A stretch of 63,865 nt of DNA, counting the filler, from Octopus bimaculoides (lineage: Eukaryota), in NCBI RefSeq assembly GCF_001194135.2. It is 6 parts of 5 records of this genome, joined end to end, with 100 filler letters (N's around TTAATTAATTAA, not from the genome) between each part and the next. Parts side by side here need not be neighbours in the genome. Positions count along the whole stretch, not along the records: positions 23,081 to 49,685 come from NC_068981.1; 5 more parts are not named here. The stretch is one strand, 5' to 3'. The notes under the pieces are model-generated. The model was given only the letters and a program-made list of their open reading frames with translations. It was not told the DNA's origin and searched no databases. Positions 25,321 through 37,600 of this stretch are shown in pieces. Position numbers and translations under genes: made by a program. Position 1 is the stretch's first letter. Each line of letters starts with the position of its first letter.

Positions 25321-28300
25321 CTACAATGAGAAATATGAAGTACAAACAAAAGAATGAATCTCTTTATTAAGTTGTAGAGAGTCTTTTTTTTTTTTTAATC
25401 AGAAAACAATAAGAAATAAGTGAGGGACGGGGGTGTTGTTATCTTTTATCTTTTGTTTCATCCTTTGGACTGCAGCCATACTGGAGCACTGCCTTGAAGA
25501 GTTTAGCTAAACAGATTGACACCAGTGCTTATTTTTAAAGTTTGGTACTTATTCCATTGGTCACTTTTGCTGAACTGCAATGTTATGGAGATGTAAACAA
25601 ACCAACACTAGTTGTCAAGTGATGGTAGGGGCACAAAGACACACAAACACACATACATATACAACAGGTTTCTAAACAGTTTCCAGTTACCAAATTCACT
25701 CACAAAGCATTGGTCAACCTGGGGCTATAATAGAAGACACTTGTCGAAGGTGCCACACAATGGGACTGACCCTGAAACCACATGTTTCAAAGAGAGCTTC
25801 TTAACCACATTTATTTTTATTGTAATTTAAAAAAGAAACAGCTGAATATATATTAAAAAATATACATACCTCTGAGCTCAATTTCTGAATTCTAAGATTT
25901 AGCTGTTCAATCTCTTTGTCTTTTTGCTGCAAGACTAAAACGGACTGGTCTAACAGTTGTTGATTGTATGTGTACCAGTGAAGTTTCTTCTTCATACTTT
26001 CAATGTCATCAAAAAATTTGGATTCAACTGCCTGCAATTAAAGAATACCAAAATAATGAAACATGGATATTAAACGATGATTAGTTATGCTTTTCTTAAC
26101 TCTTACTTCTAATGTAAGCTACAAGGTCATGCATTTGTCGAACAGGATACATTTGAATTTTGATTGATCCCTAGTTCTCCACAGGTGTTTATTTTAAGTG
26201 AAGTTAGCCTCAACAGATTTGAACTCCAAACAGAAAGGGATACAGCTAAATACCTCAAGGCCTTTTGTGGTTGTGGGGGAAAAGAAGAGTGGAGGAAGTG
26301 AGGAGGAGAAAGAAGAAGAAGAAGAAGAAGAAGAAGAAGAAGAAGAAGAAGAAGAAGAAGAAGAAGAAGAAGAAGAAGAAGAAGAAGAAGAAGAAGAAGA
26401 AGAAGAAGAAGAAGAAGAAGAAGAAGAAGAAGAAGAAGAAGAAGAAGAAGAAGAAGGGAGAGGTTGTGGCAGCAGCAGCAGTGGTGGTGGCAATGGTGAT
26501 GGCAAGGATGGTGGTGGTGGCAGCAGCAGTGACAGCAGCAGCAATTTTATGCACATTTCAACAAACCGATTTGAGTGCAGTCCTATAGCCAGACGCCCCT
26601 CATGTCTCCAACCACAAATAGAGGAGATTAGATGTATCTATTGAAGCATTGGTGCTTCAAAGGTAGCATCAACTACTCTTAACCGTTAGAGTAGTTGTTT
26701 TGTATGAGCTGATTTCACAGAGCTATAAAATTCTCAGCTTCTTTCACATGAATACTGGAAGATGTCCCTCTGCATCAGTATTTCTCAACCAGGGTCCATA
26801 TGACCCTTGGAAGTCCATATAAGATTTTGTTGTTAAAATTTATGTGAAATGAATTGCTTGTACTTCTACAATACACAAAATATTTTCATTTTTTTATGCA
26901 AATAAACGAACATGTATTAACAGAGGAAACAGATAATACAGGCACTCCCCATACACACACATGCACTTAGAAAACATAGACACACATAGAGGGATACGCA
27001 TGCGTAGACACATACAATAGGAATACAAAATACAAAATGGCTGATAGTTAGCAAAGACGGACACACATATAAGAAAGAAGAAAGCAAAGGACCACTGATG
27101 AGGTCACAGAAGTGTGACGAAAGAACTCTGGCCGAAATAGGATTAATGTAACGTAATGTAATATAAAGCTGAAGCAAATTAACACCAAATATACAGTGCG
27201 CGTGTTTTTATTGGCTAAACTGGCAACATGACCATCCCCAAATACAACAATATTTTTTTTTATATATATACATCGAATGACTATGTAGGTCCAGTAGAGT
27301 AAAATAGAATCAAAGGAGTCTATAATCCAAAAGTGGTTGAAAACCACTGCATTACATCATTAGAGGTTTGCTGAAGGTTCTTATTTTCTAAAACAAGTCA
27401 TCATTACTTTAATAAAAGAGTACACGGATAAAGCAGAGAGTATAAGTGTAGATAACTGCTGAAAGTGTGTGCTGGGTTACTTAGTGTGATAAAAAGAGTA
27501 TCGAGTCAGACTGCATAATCTAGCAATACTGATAAGAGTGTGAGTATCAAGAGATTAAGGAATCCAGCCAAATTAATTGGAGACAGCTGCTTCTGACAGG
27601 AGCCAATGGAAGGCATACTTGAGGACTTTGCACCCCATGAGCCACCCATGAAAGAGGGCAAAGATTACATGAAATGATATATCTCTTTTTCATCTTCTTT
27701 CTTTTGTTTCAGTCATTAGACTGTGGCCATGGTGGGTTATGAAGAACTTTTAGTTGAATGAATCGACCCCAGTACTTTTTTTTTTTAAGCCTGGTACTTA
27801 TTTTATTATTCTCTTTTTGCCATACTGCTATATGGAGATATAAACAAACCAACACTGGTTGTCAAATGGTAGTGGGGACAAACACAAGCACAAAGACACA
27901 CACTCATATATATATATATATATATACAACAGGCTTCTTTCAGTTTCCGTTTACCAAATCCATATAGAAGGCTTTTGTAGGCACAAGGCTATAGTAGAAG
28001 ACATTTGCCCAAGGTGCCATGCAGTGGGACTGAACCCAGAACCATGTGATTGGAAAGCAAGATTCTTACCACACAGCCACACCTGCACCTATATACTTCA
28101 CATAATAAAAATATCTTTATCTTAATTGAGATTTTAGAAATGTTTTTCTAGACTAGTGTTGGGGATGACAAATCCCATAATGCATTGGTTTTGGGGGTAT
28201 GAAAAATACTTTGTCTTCCTATAGAGTATCAATGTCAAGACAGCAATGGTAGAATATTTCTCTTTTCAAACCAAAAGCATAGAAGGATTTCAACTTCACA

Positions 28301-30295
28301 CTGAAACAGTTGCAACATAAAATAGAAAAGAAATTGCAAGCCCAGCTCATTAAGAACTACATACTCATCTACGTACTCATCAACACAAACTTAATATTGG
28401 TTTCAAATTTTGGCACAAGGCCAGCAAGTTCAGGGGTGAGGTGATTAATTGCATCAAGCCTAGTGCTGAACTGGTGATTATCTTATTATCCCTGGAAGAC
28501 TGAAAGGCAAAGTTGGCCTCGGTAGCATTTGAACTGAGAGTGAAAGACGGATGAAATGCCACTAAGCATCTTGCCCACCATGCTAGGAATTCTGCCAGCT
28601 CACTGCCTTTTCACAAGCTTAAGACTGATTTCTTGCATAGGCACAAATTCACAAGTTTAGTGGAAGGTCACATTTGATTATATGGACATCATTACTCAAC
28701 TGAGATTTATTTTCTGAACCACAAAAGGATAAATGGTAAAGTTAAGTCAATATCAATGGGATTTGAGTTCAAAAGAAAAGTGGTAGAATCAACTGCTAAC
28801 TATTTTTCCACTGCTTATCTATTCAGTCACTTCAAACAATGCATTGACTAAACTACAGTTAGGTTTGCACCATTGATCATCCAGTCAGTAAACCAATATC
28901 TTGTACTCACAGACAGAATGCCTATTATTATATTTATAATGACAGTTAGCTTTCTCATTGTTTTACCTTCATTTCGTCATCTTTTGCCTTCTTGATTTCT
29001 TCTAATACTTGATGCATTTCTTCTTTCTGCTGAACTAGTTTACTTATTTGAGACTCCAATTCAAAATTTGTCTGTTCGAGTAGATTGCACTGCTGTTTCC
29101 AGTGATTGATTTCTAGCTGTAAGAAAATTAATTATAATTGAAAATCAAGAAATAACTGCTTGAATGAAATAAAGACATTAATGAAACAAATGAAAACTAG
29201 ATATAGAATTATAGAATTTATGTTTGCAGTGCAGTTGTGATGAGTAGAAGACACTTGACCAGATGGCACTCAGTACGACCAGTTTTAAGACCATATTGTT
29301 GTAAAACAAATTTTTAAATGATGCTGCAATACTCGTACCTATTATTTAAGATTGTAAATTTTTTAAATTCTGTTTTGTTTTTATGTAGTTATAAGAGCAA
29401 GTGCAGCACACATGAACCCTATTCAGGACTCCTAAACCTTGAAGGAAGAAAAGTGAAGACATTACCTCAAAAAAGAGGAAGTCTAGACTGAATACTTGCA
29501 ACAGATTGGACTTCACTAAAGTTATCCAAGAGTCAGATGGTGGTATTAAACCAAGTAATGGATTAAGACTACCACATAAAAATGAGGAAGAGATAAAGAA
29601 GAAAAGATGAAGAAATAAATTAATAAAATAGCAGCTCCCACATCCAGGACAGCACTGCAGATACACATACAAACATCCCAGATCACATCCAAAGAAGGAT
29701 TCTTGATTGATTGGCATGAAGTTGCTCACCAAAATACCCACAACTCTGACCTATAGACATACTGTCTCTTCTCTGCCTTTTTTAACACAACTACATAGTC
29801 TCCACTCACCAGGCTTGGTTAGTCTGAATCACCTTCACTCAGGGCACCCCTTTCTTTCTCCAAACACTGATATTCTATATATCTCAAACTCACTCTGCTC
29901 CTCAGCCCTATACAATTCCCAGATCTTTCTCAGCAAGAAATATTGATCCTCTGAAATTCCCTCCCTGCACATAAGTTTCCCTTCAGTCATCAACTCACAA
30001 CTATTCAAGGAAAGTGTTAACGGCCTTGATCTCACCTGCTCCACAAGACCAAAGTAATATAAAAACAAAACAATACATATTCTTTTACTTATTTCAGTCA
30101 TTTGACTGCAGCTATGCTGGAGCACCGCTGTAAAGGGTCTTAGTTAAAGAAATCAACCTCAGGACTTATTCTTTGCAAGCCTAGTACTTATTCTTTTGCT
30201 GAATTGCTAAGTTACGGGGACATAAACACACCAACATCAGTTGTCAAGTGATGGTGGGGATACAAACACAGGCACAAAGACATACATACATAAAT

Positions 30296-30331
<36 letters not shown>

Positions 30332-31649
30332 CTTGTACCCACAGACAGAATGCCTATTATATTTATAATGACAGTTATTTTTCTAATTGTTTTACCTTCA
30401 TTTCATCATCTTTTGCCTTCTTGATTTCTTCTAATACTTGATGCATTTCTTCTTTCTGCTGAACTAGTTTACTTATTGGAGACTCCAATTCAAAATTTGT
30501 CTATTTGAGTAGATTACACTGCTGTTCAAGCAGATTCACTTTTCCAGGCATCCCTGTCATCCAAACATCTCCCCAGCTGAACTTTTGGCCTTTCGATTCT
30601 CTGACGCCGCACTGACATCATTATAAAACCGGCCAACAAGGGTGGAGCCGTGGTGGTGTGATGCGTGGACCTCTACAAGGCCGAAGCTCTCCGCCAACTT
30701 CAGGACACCTCTTTCTACTGCCCACTGCCCTCTGACCCGATGCCCAGCTACCAACAGACTGTGTCCTCCACTATCCATGACCTCATCTCCTCCTCCCATC
30801 TCCCCCCACCGCCTCCAACCTCATTGTCCGCACCCCTCGCACCCCCACCATTTACTTCCTCCCTGAAATCCACAAACCTAACAACCCGCCTGCAACTACC
30901 CCACCGAACTCATCTCCAGATATCTTGACCGCGTCCTTGCCCCCCTAGTAGCTTCACTCCCTTCTCACATCCATGACACCAACCACACGCTTCGTTTGTT
31001 CAACTCTTTCTCCTTCCCTCCAGGCCCCTCTAAACTTCTCTTCACTCTCGACATCCAGAGCCTTTACACGGTGATCCCACATACCCCACATCTACCCCCA
31101 CCCTCTGCCTACCCACATACCCAACCTCTACCCCCACCCTCAGTCTAACCCACACCTCACCCTTACTTTCCCCACTCTCACCTCCCCTACCTCCCAACAC
31201 CATCACACCACACCACACACCACTACACCATACCACACAACACATCACATCACAACACACCACCACACACACACCAGCAGTGACCAATTACCAGCCCCAC
31301 ATTTTCACACCTACACATACACACACGTACACGTCAAGATCACCAGCCTTCTTCCACACACATATATAAACTCTCTTATACACACACATGAGCACCTTCG
31401 TTTTGGGATCACCACTATTTTATTATCTCCCTTTTTCCTAGCTCTTCTGTGTGACCCTTCTGTCCGGCATTCGCCATGATAGATCGCTAACCACTACACA
31501 TTCTTTTTTTCTCTGCTTGTTTTTCTCCTTGTTTCTTTCTGTGTTCCTTTTTGTGGAACGTTGAAGACTTTTTCACTTCCCAGCATTATACTAATACATC
31601 TGTTTGTTTTCTACACCACCTATCTTTGTCTTTTTTTTGTGAATTCTCT

Positions 31650-31688
<39 letters not shown>

Positions 31689-34600
31689 CGATGGGTTTCT
31701 TTCAGTTCCCGTCTACCAAATCCACTCACAAAGCTTTGGTTGGCCCAAAGCTTGTTGTAGAAGACACTTGTCCATGGTGCAATGCAGTGGAACTGAACTA
31801 TGAACCATGTAGTTGGGAAGCAAGCTTCTTACCACACAGCCATACCTGCACCTAAGAAATAGTTTGTGTTCTGGCAGTGGTGAGATGAATAAAATGAATA
31901 TAAACTCACTTGATTCTTTTCTGCAGAGAAGGCTACAATAGACTGATTGATTATTTCATCCTTGTTGATATCGTTTCTGTTGTTGTTGTTATTGTCACGG
32001 ATGATAATGTCTTTATTGCGAGCACCATCAGCTGATGGTGATGGTGGTGGCAGTGGTATCATGTTAGGTGCACTTGTATTACGTGTTTGTTTTAAATTCA
32101 TCTGATTGCTAAATCAAAAATAGATGAAAAATTATATTTGACAGAACATGTAAAATGAGGTCAGCAAATAAGAACTGGAATACAGGAGCACCAAGCTGCA
32201 GTAGGCAATGTTTCTGAGCTAAACACTTTATTCTATATTGCTTTAGTTGTTGTTGTTGTTGTTTAGTTCTATGACAGACAAGACTATATAGACCTATGAT
32301 CAGAGGTATTTTAGCCATAACAATCCCAACTTTCACTTGGGCACTGTACATCTAGTATTATATTATATAGTGTTACCTCTCTTTTCAAAACAATAGGAGT
32401 TTAGCTTGAGGAAGACTTGGCTGCTATTTTTAGCACACTGAGTGACCATATAAAGCCCTCTCTCCTCACCTAGATGAAAAGAACTGGTTTTTCAGGTCAT
32501 CCGAGAATGTTATTAGTAACAGACTGGCAATCTGTCCAAGAATAATTTTATCCCTTAACCATTGTAAAACATGGAATTGAAATTAAAGAATAGCTCTCAA
32601 AAAGGTCTTAGAGTTTTGGAAATGAACTTATGTTAGACTAAAGAAAAGATTATTCATTTAAAGAAGTAAGAGATGCAATAAAGATTTGGTTTTGATCTCT
32701 CTAGTATTAAGCGTATTAGACATAAAACTCCCCGTAAAGAAGACCTTAGTTTTATACTAAATACAAAAGTACTTATTTCCTCTGTTAGTTAGGTGATGTG
32801 AAACATCATCCTACCATTTTAAAAAAGCTACAGTCAACAAAATAGTGTAGTGCATATTATCTGAAAAAAAAAATATGGGATAGTCTTAGTTAAAATATCT
32901 TTGATAATAGGTCAGTTCAGTTAACTTAGAGACATGTGCAAAAACATTTAATCCACTATGTTATGTCAACATTTGTCTATACACAGACCATCAAACCATT
33001 GATTTGACTTTCTATCAATCCTACTGATTGTTAGCTGAGACCAGTGAGAGCTAACTCATCTCTGGATGCTCCTACAAAAAGCTGTTGTTGTTGTCAGACC
33101 CATGGCTAAGGGAGATAGGTCACAACCTATGATCAAGATAGATATGTCATACCTATGGCCAAGGAAGATATGACACACCTTTGAATAGGAATGCTACATC
33201 ACACCAATGGCCAAGTAAAATATGACTTAGGAAAAAATATTGTATCTATGATCAAGGAAGATATGTCACATATATGACCGAGGAAACTCTGTAGAAATTA
33301 GCTGTAGAAACTCTGCCAAATTTAGATTGGAGCCTGGTGTTGCCATCCGGTTTCACCAGTCCTCAGTCAAGTCGTCCAACCCATGCTAGCATGGAAAGCG
33401 GACGTTAAACGATGATGATGATGATAATGATGATGAATATATGTTATGCCTATGGCAAAAGAACAATTATCATACTATGGCCAAGGAAGACAAGTGAAGA
33501 GCTGTCACACTTCTCATGTAGGATAAAATAACCAAGTGAATAAAGTATTGAACAATCAATACTTGATTTCAAGTCCATTGCAAGCACACTATTATTTGTT
33601 GGAGTGTATGTGTCCTATTTAATCCTATATGTCTAATTTTACTAAAGTGGTATAAACAGATACAATAAGGCCATCTAGATATAATGACATGCAATACACA
33701 GAGGAGGAAATTGATCTTACATCTGCTTTCTCTTTGTATGAATTAATGATTTGCTCTACAACCAGGTAAATGAGAAAAAGATGAATAGTGCTTTGCCTAA
33801 GATACACCATAATATCAGAATTATGATCAAAGAAAAGACAATGGAAAACAGTCTACTATGGGATGGAGGTTAAGGCTTGATCAGAGAATGAATGGCAGTG
33901 CCACAGGCCTTCAAAGAAAACAGTGGAAGAGACCATAATTTATGGGTTGTAAGAAGTAGTATATCAAGATAAAGAGTTGCTTTCAGACTATAGTCCTGAG
34001 CTGAATGCTTACAAGAAAGTGGATTCAGTTAAAAGTACCCAAGAGTCAGGTGGAGGTGTTAAAACAGAGTACCAATAAAGTGTATCACCCATTATTCAAC
34101 CTTGAAACAGTATCCTTTGTCTTGGTTAGCTTTGTCACTGATTCCAGTCTCTGGTTCTGATTATTGGCTGCATGGGTTGGCTGGTATGCATCTGTTTATC
34201 TTAACATTAAAGTCAATAGTTACAATTAACCACCACCTAATGGTGACTAAGAATAGAGGTCAGTCAATAATGACACTGTCATTGTAAACTGTGCTGCATT
34301 GAAATGGCTTGTCATTTGTAGCTCATAAAAATTCTTCAATTCCAATATTTTCTGTGAATCTATCCTTTGCCTTTCATATAATAATAATGAAAACAAAATA
34401 AATGTAAAACAAACACTGTTTAGTACTATATCTGGAAACAGTAAGACACTTTCAAGTATTAATATATAAAACACAGTAAGAATTTTTTGGCGTGCTTGAA
34501 GATAGCCTTAAATGTAACAGAGGCATTGGATAATATTGCCAGAACCATACAGAGGGACTTAATATTCATCAAGACAAACTAATGAAATAATCATTATAAT

Positions 34601-37600
34601 TATACACTACTAATACCCTTCACAGTGAGCAGCTGCTCCTCCTCCTCATAATACTTATTTATAGTCAAATAAACTCAGCTGGTGAGTTATACTATGATAC
34701 TGGTATTAGGATATAAACTGTTGACCTTTGAGACAGTAGACAACCATCTAATCAGTTCAGACAATTGCATACACTAGAAATGAAATACTAACCGCAGACT
34801 GTTAAGTTCTCGCAACAATTTCTGGTTTTCAGAGAACATTCTCTCTTCAGCTTGTTTCTGAAAAACTTTTTGCTGTTTGGCATCATTATACAGACGTTTG
34901 TTCTCAGCATCATAAGCAACCAAAAGCTTCTTATGTTCTTCTAGTTCTTTCTGAAAGTGATCTTCCTGCTCATTCAAATTTTTCCCATTGTCTCCAGATA
35001 CCTGTATAGGATATAAAATTCATTAAAATATTCTAAACAAGTGTTACAAATGTAGCAAGGGATTTAAAATATTAAACTTAATAAATGTATTGTCATAAGT
35101 TCAAAACTTACAGCAATCATTGTATTTGTATCTTCAAGAAAAAATACCTAACACAGCTTCTTTCAAATTCAGGTTCCACTTCACAAATAAATGGTTAGGC
35201 TAGGAAGTACATCCAACAGTAAGAGTATGTGATCTACCAATACTAAAAGGTTATAATTCAAAGAAAGAAAAAAAAACCTATCTTGTCCATGGTGAGTATT
35301 AAAGGATTTATTGATTTAAAGAGTAATAGTAGATTGAATAAGATTAACGTTCCTAAACTTGGCAACTACTAATATGTTTCTTTCTATAAGATAAAGGTAC
35401 TTCATATAGCATTTCTACTTTACTGAGATCGTAGCTGTGGCCAATGCCAATGTTGCATAACTGGCCCTGTTTAAAAGTACCCTTCAATCATCGGGCAATA
35501 TGCTGTGCTTCAGAAGACCTGTTGAGTCAAATAAGATTGTAGTCATGGCCGATGCCAGTGCCGCCTGACTGGCTTCTGTGCTGGTGGCACATAAAAAGCA
35601 CCATTTGAGCGTGGTCAACGTCAGTGCTGCTTGACTGGCTCCCATACCAGTGGCACGTAAAAAGCACCCACTACACTCCCGGAGTGATTGGCATTAGGAA
35701 GGGCATCCAGCCGTAGAAACCTTGCCAGATCAGATTGGAGCCTGGTGCAGCCTCCTGGCTTGCCAGTCCTCAGTCAAACTGTCCAACCCATGCCAGTATG
35801 GAAAGCAGATGTTAAATGATGATGATGATGAATGTTTAGAGATAAGATGTTTGGGTGATAAAGTATAAAAGTCAGCTTTAACAGGCAATGCAATTTAGTC
35901 CATGATGTAAAGTGCTTGATGATGGCGAGGGCATTCAGCTAGAAAAACCATGCCAAAAAGAAAAGAATAAAAGATACGCTTCCTCTACAAACCACAGCCA
36001 AGGCAACTATCTAGGAGAGTAATATAGGGGACTCTTTAGTTTTACTGCAAACAATCTGTCAAGTGTCAGTGACATAATATAATGTACAGCCCATAGTGTA
36101 GAGTAAGTGGTTAGCAATAGAAAGGATATTCAGCTGTAAAAAAAAATCATGCCAAAAAAAAAAACATGACATAACATGAAAGGAAACATTTTTTCTATTG
36201 TTGTGTATGCGAGACGACAAAGGACTGAGACAAGTTGTATGTTACTGTGAGACTTATAACAGCATAGAAAAGCAGACACAAGATGTCAATGACGATGGCA
36301 AAGGCAGCAGCCATAAATTTGTAGGAAGGAAGGAGTATAGTGGATTGAATTGACTGAAAGACAAAGTTAACTGCAGAAGTATTTGAGGTCAGATTGTAGC
36401 AACAAAATTAAATAAGGCAAATTATTTAGTCCCAACACTCTACAGTCAGAGTTATTAAATTTCCTAAATAATAATTACAAAATATCCACAAAGATAAACC
36501 TTATATTTTAAAGTTGTTAAATTATCAGCAATCAAAAAGCATTGAACATCTTATGAGATCTCTTAGCCCATATATTCTGAAGCTATGGCTATAGTCTTCT
36601 GATCTTATATAAACAGACTAGACTGTAAAATAGGTGTAACATGACCTGACTGTTACATTATATTTCAACACAAGCCACTTCAGGACTGCATGATATATCT
36701 AAAGTACAACACATTTGACAGATTGGATATATTTTAATCTATGTCATTTTACTGGCTACCTTCAGGCCAAAGTTGAATCTAATAAGAGGCAACAAAAGTT
36801 ATAACTCTGCAACAGTACATATAATATATATATCTGATCAAACAATATTAACAACAATGTGCAATAATCCAAATTTGCAGAACCAACCAACCCACATTTA
36901 CATGGAACACAGACATTAAAAGGGAACTGCGTATTAAATCAGGTGAGAAGATATAAAAATATTAACTCTCACTTTTGAAACTAAAATATAATTTGCTTTT
37001 CTTAAGTCTTCAATTTCCCCTTGGAACTGTTGATCCAGTTGTTTGATGGATTGTTGGTATTTGTTTTCATTGCCAGCTATTTTAACTGAAATGAAAGAAC
37101 AAAAGGGTGTAAGATAGAGGAAGGCATTTAGATATAACAGTGGAAGCTGCTTCGTGTGATCACTTTGGGACAGAACTTTTTAGATAACAATAACCAGCAG
37201 ATAACATTAAGCAGAGGATACAACAATACCTTGAGTATGTTTGGAATTTACTAATCTTGATAACAATAAGTGTTTGACAACATTATCTGTGGTAATAAGA
37301 AGCAACTTCCAGTGATAAGTTTGTATGAAGAGGTAAATACAAGAGCTAGAGTTGGATCAGAGCTGTCAGAGGAATTTGTGGTGAAAGTCGGCATGCATCA
37401 GAGATTGTGTTGTCACCGTTGTTGTTTGCAATAGTGGTTGGTTTGAACATAAAACAGGTAGAATATTTGAACCATGTATGGCCAGTTTAAATGCTAAAGG
37501 GTTAATCTACCTGTCTAAGTGAGGAAGTAGAGTAATTTTATGACAGTTTATTTTTAGAATGACATTGCAGAGTAGGTGTGAGAAGCCAAATTTAGCTGGT

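Larger units (their letters stand above)
30082..31855 (-). mobile_element. Family-A SINE split by a 1.3-kb insertion (3' half 30082-30326, 5' half about 31660-31855)
   Basis: The two halves are complementary parts of one copy, same strand, each abutting (TA)n. Confidence 0.75.

Noticed and set aside
26194-26644. Poly-E, poly-K, poly-S and poly-F ORFs
   Set aside because: Translations of the intronic (GAA)48 tract; no splice signals or phase fit with CEP162.
34247-34474. ORF with protein-like ERQRIDSQKILELKNFYELQ inside CEP162
   Set aside because: No convincing acceptor or donor, and the flanking exons already join in phase (2 to 2) without it.
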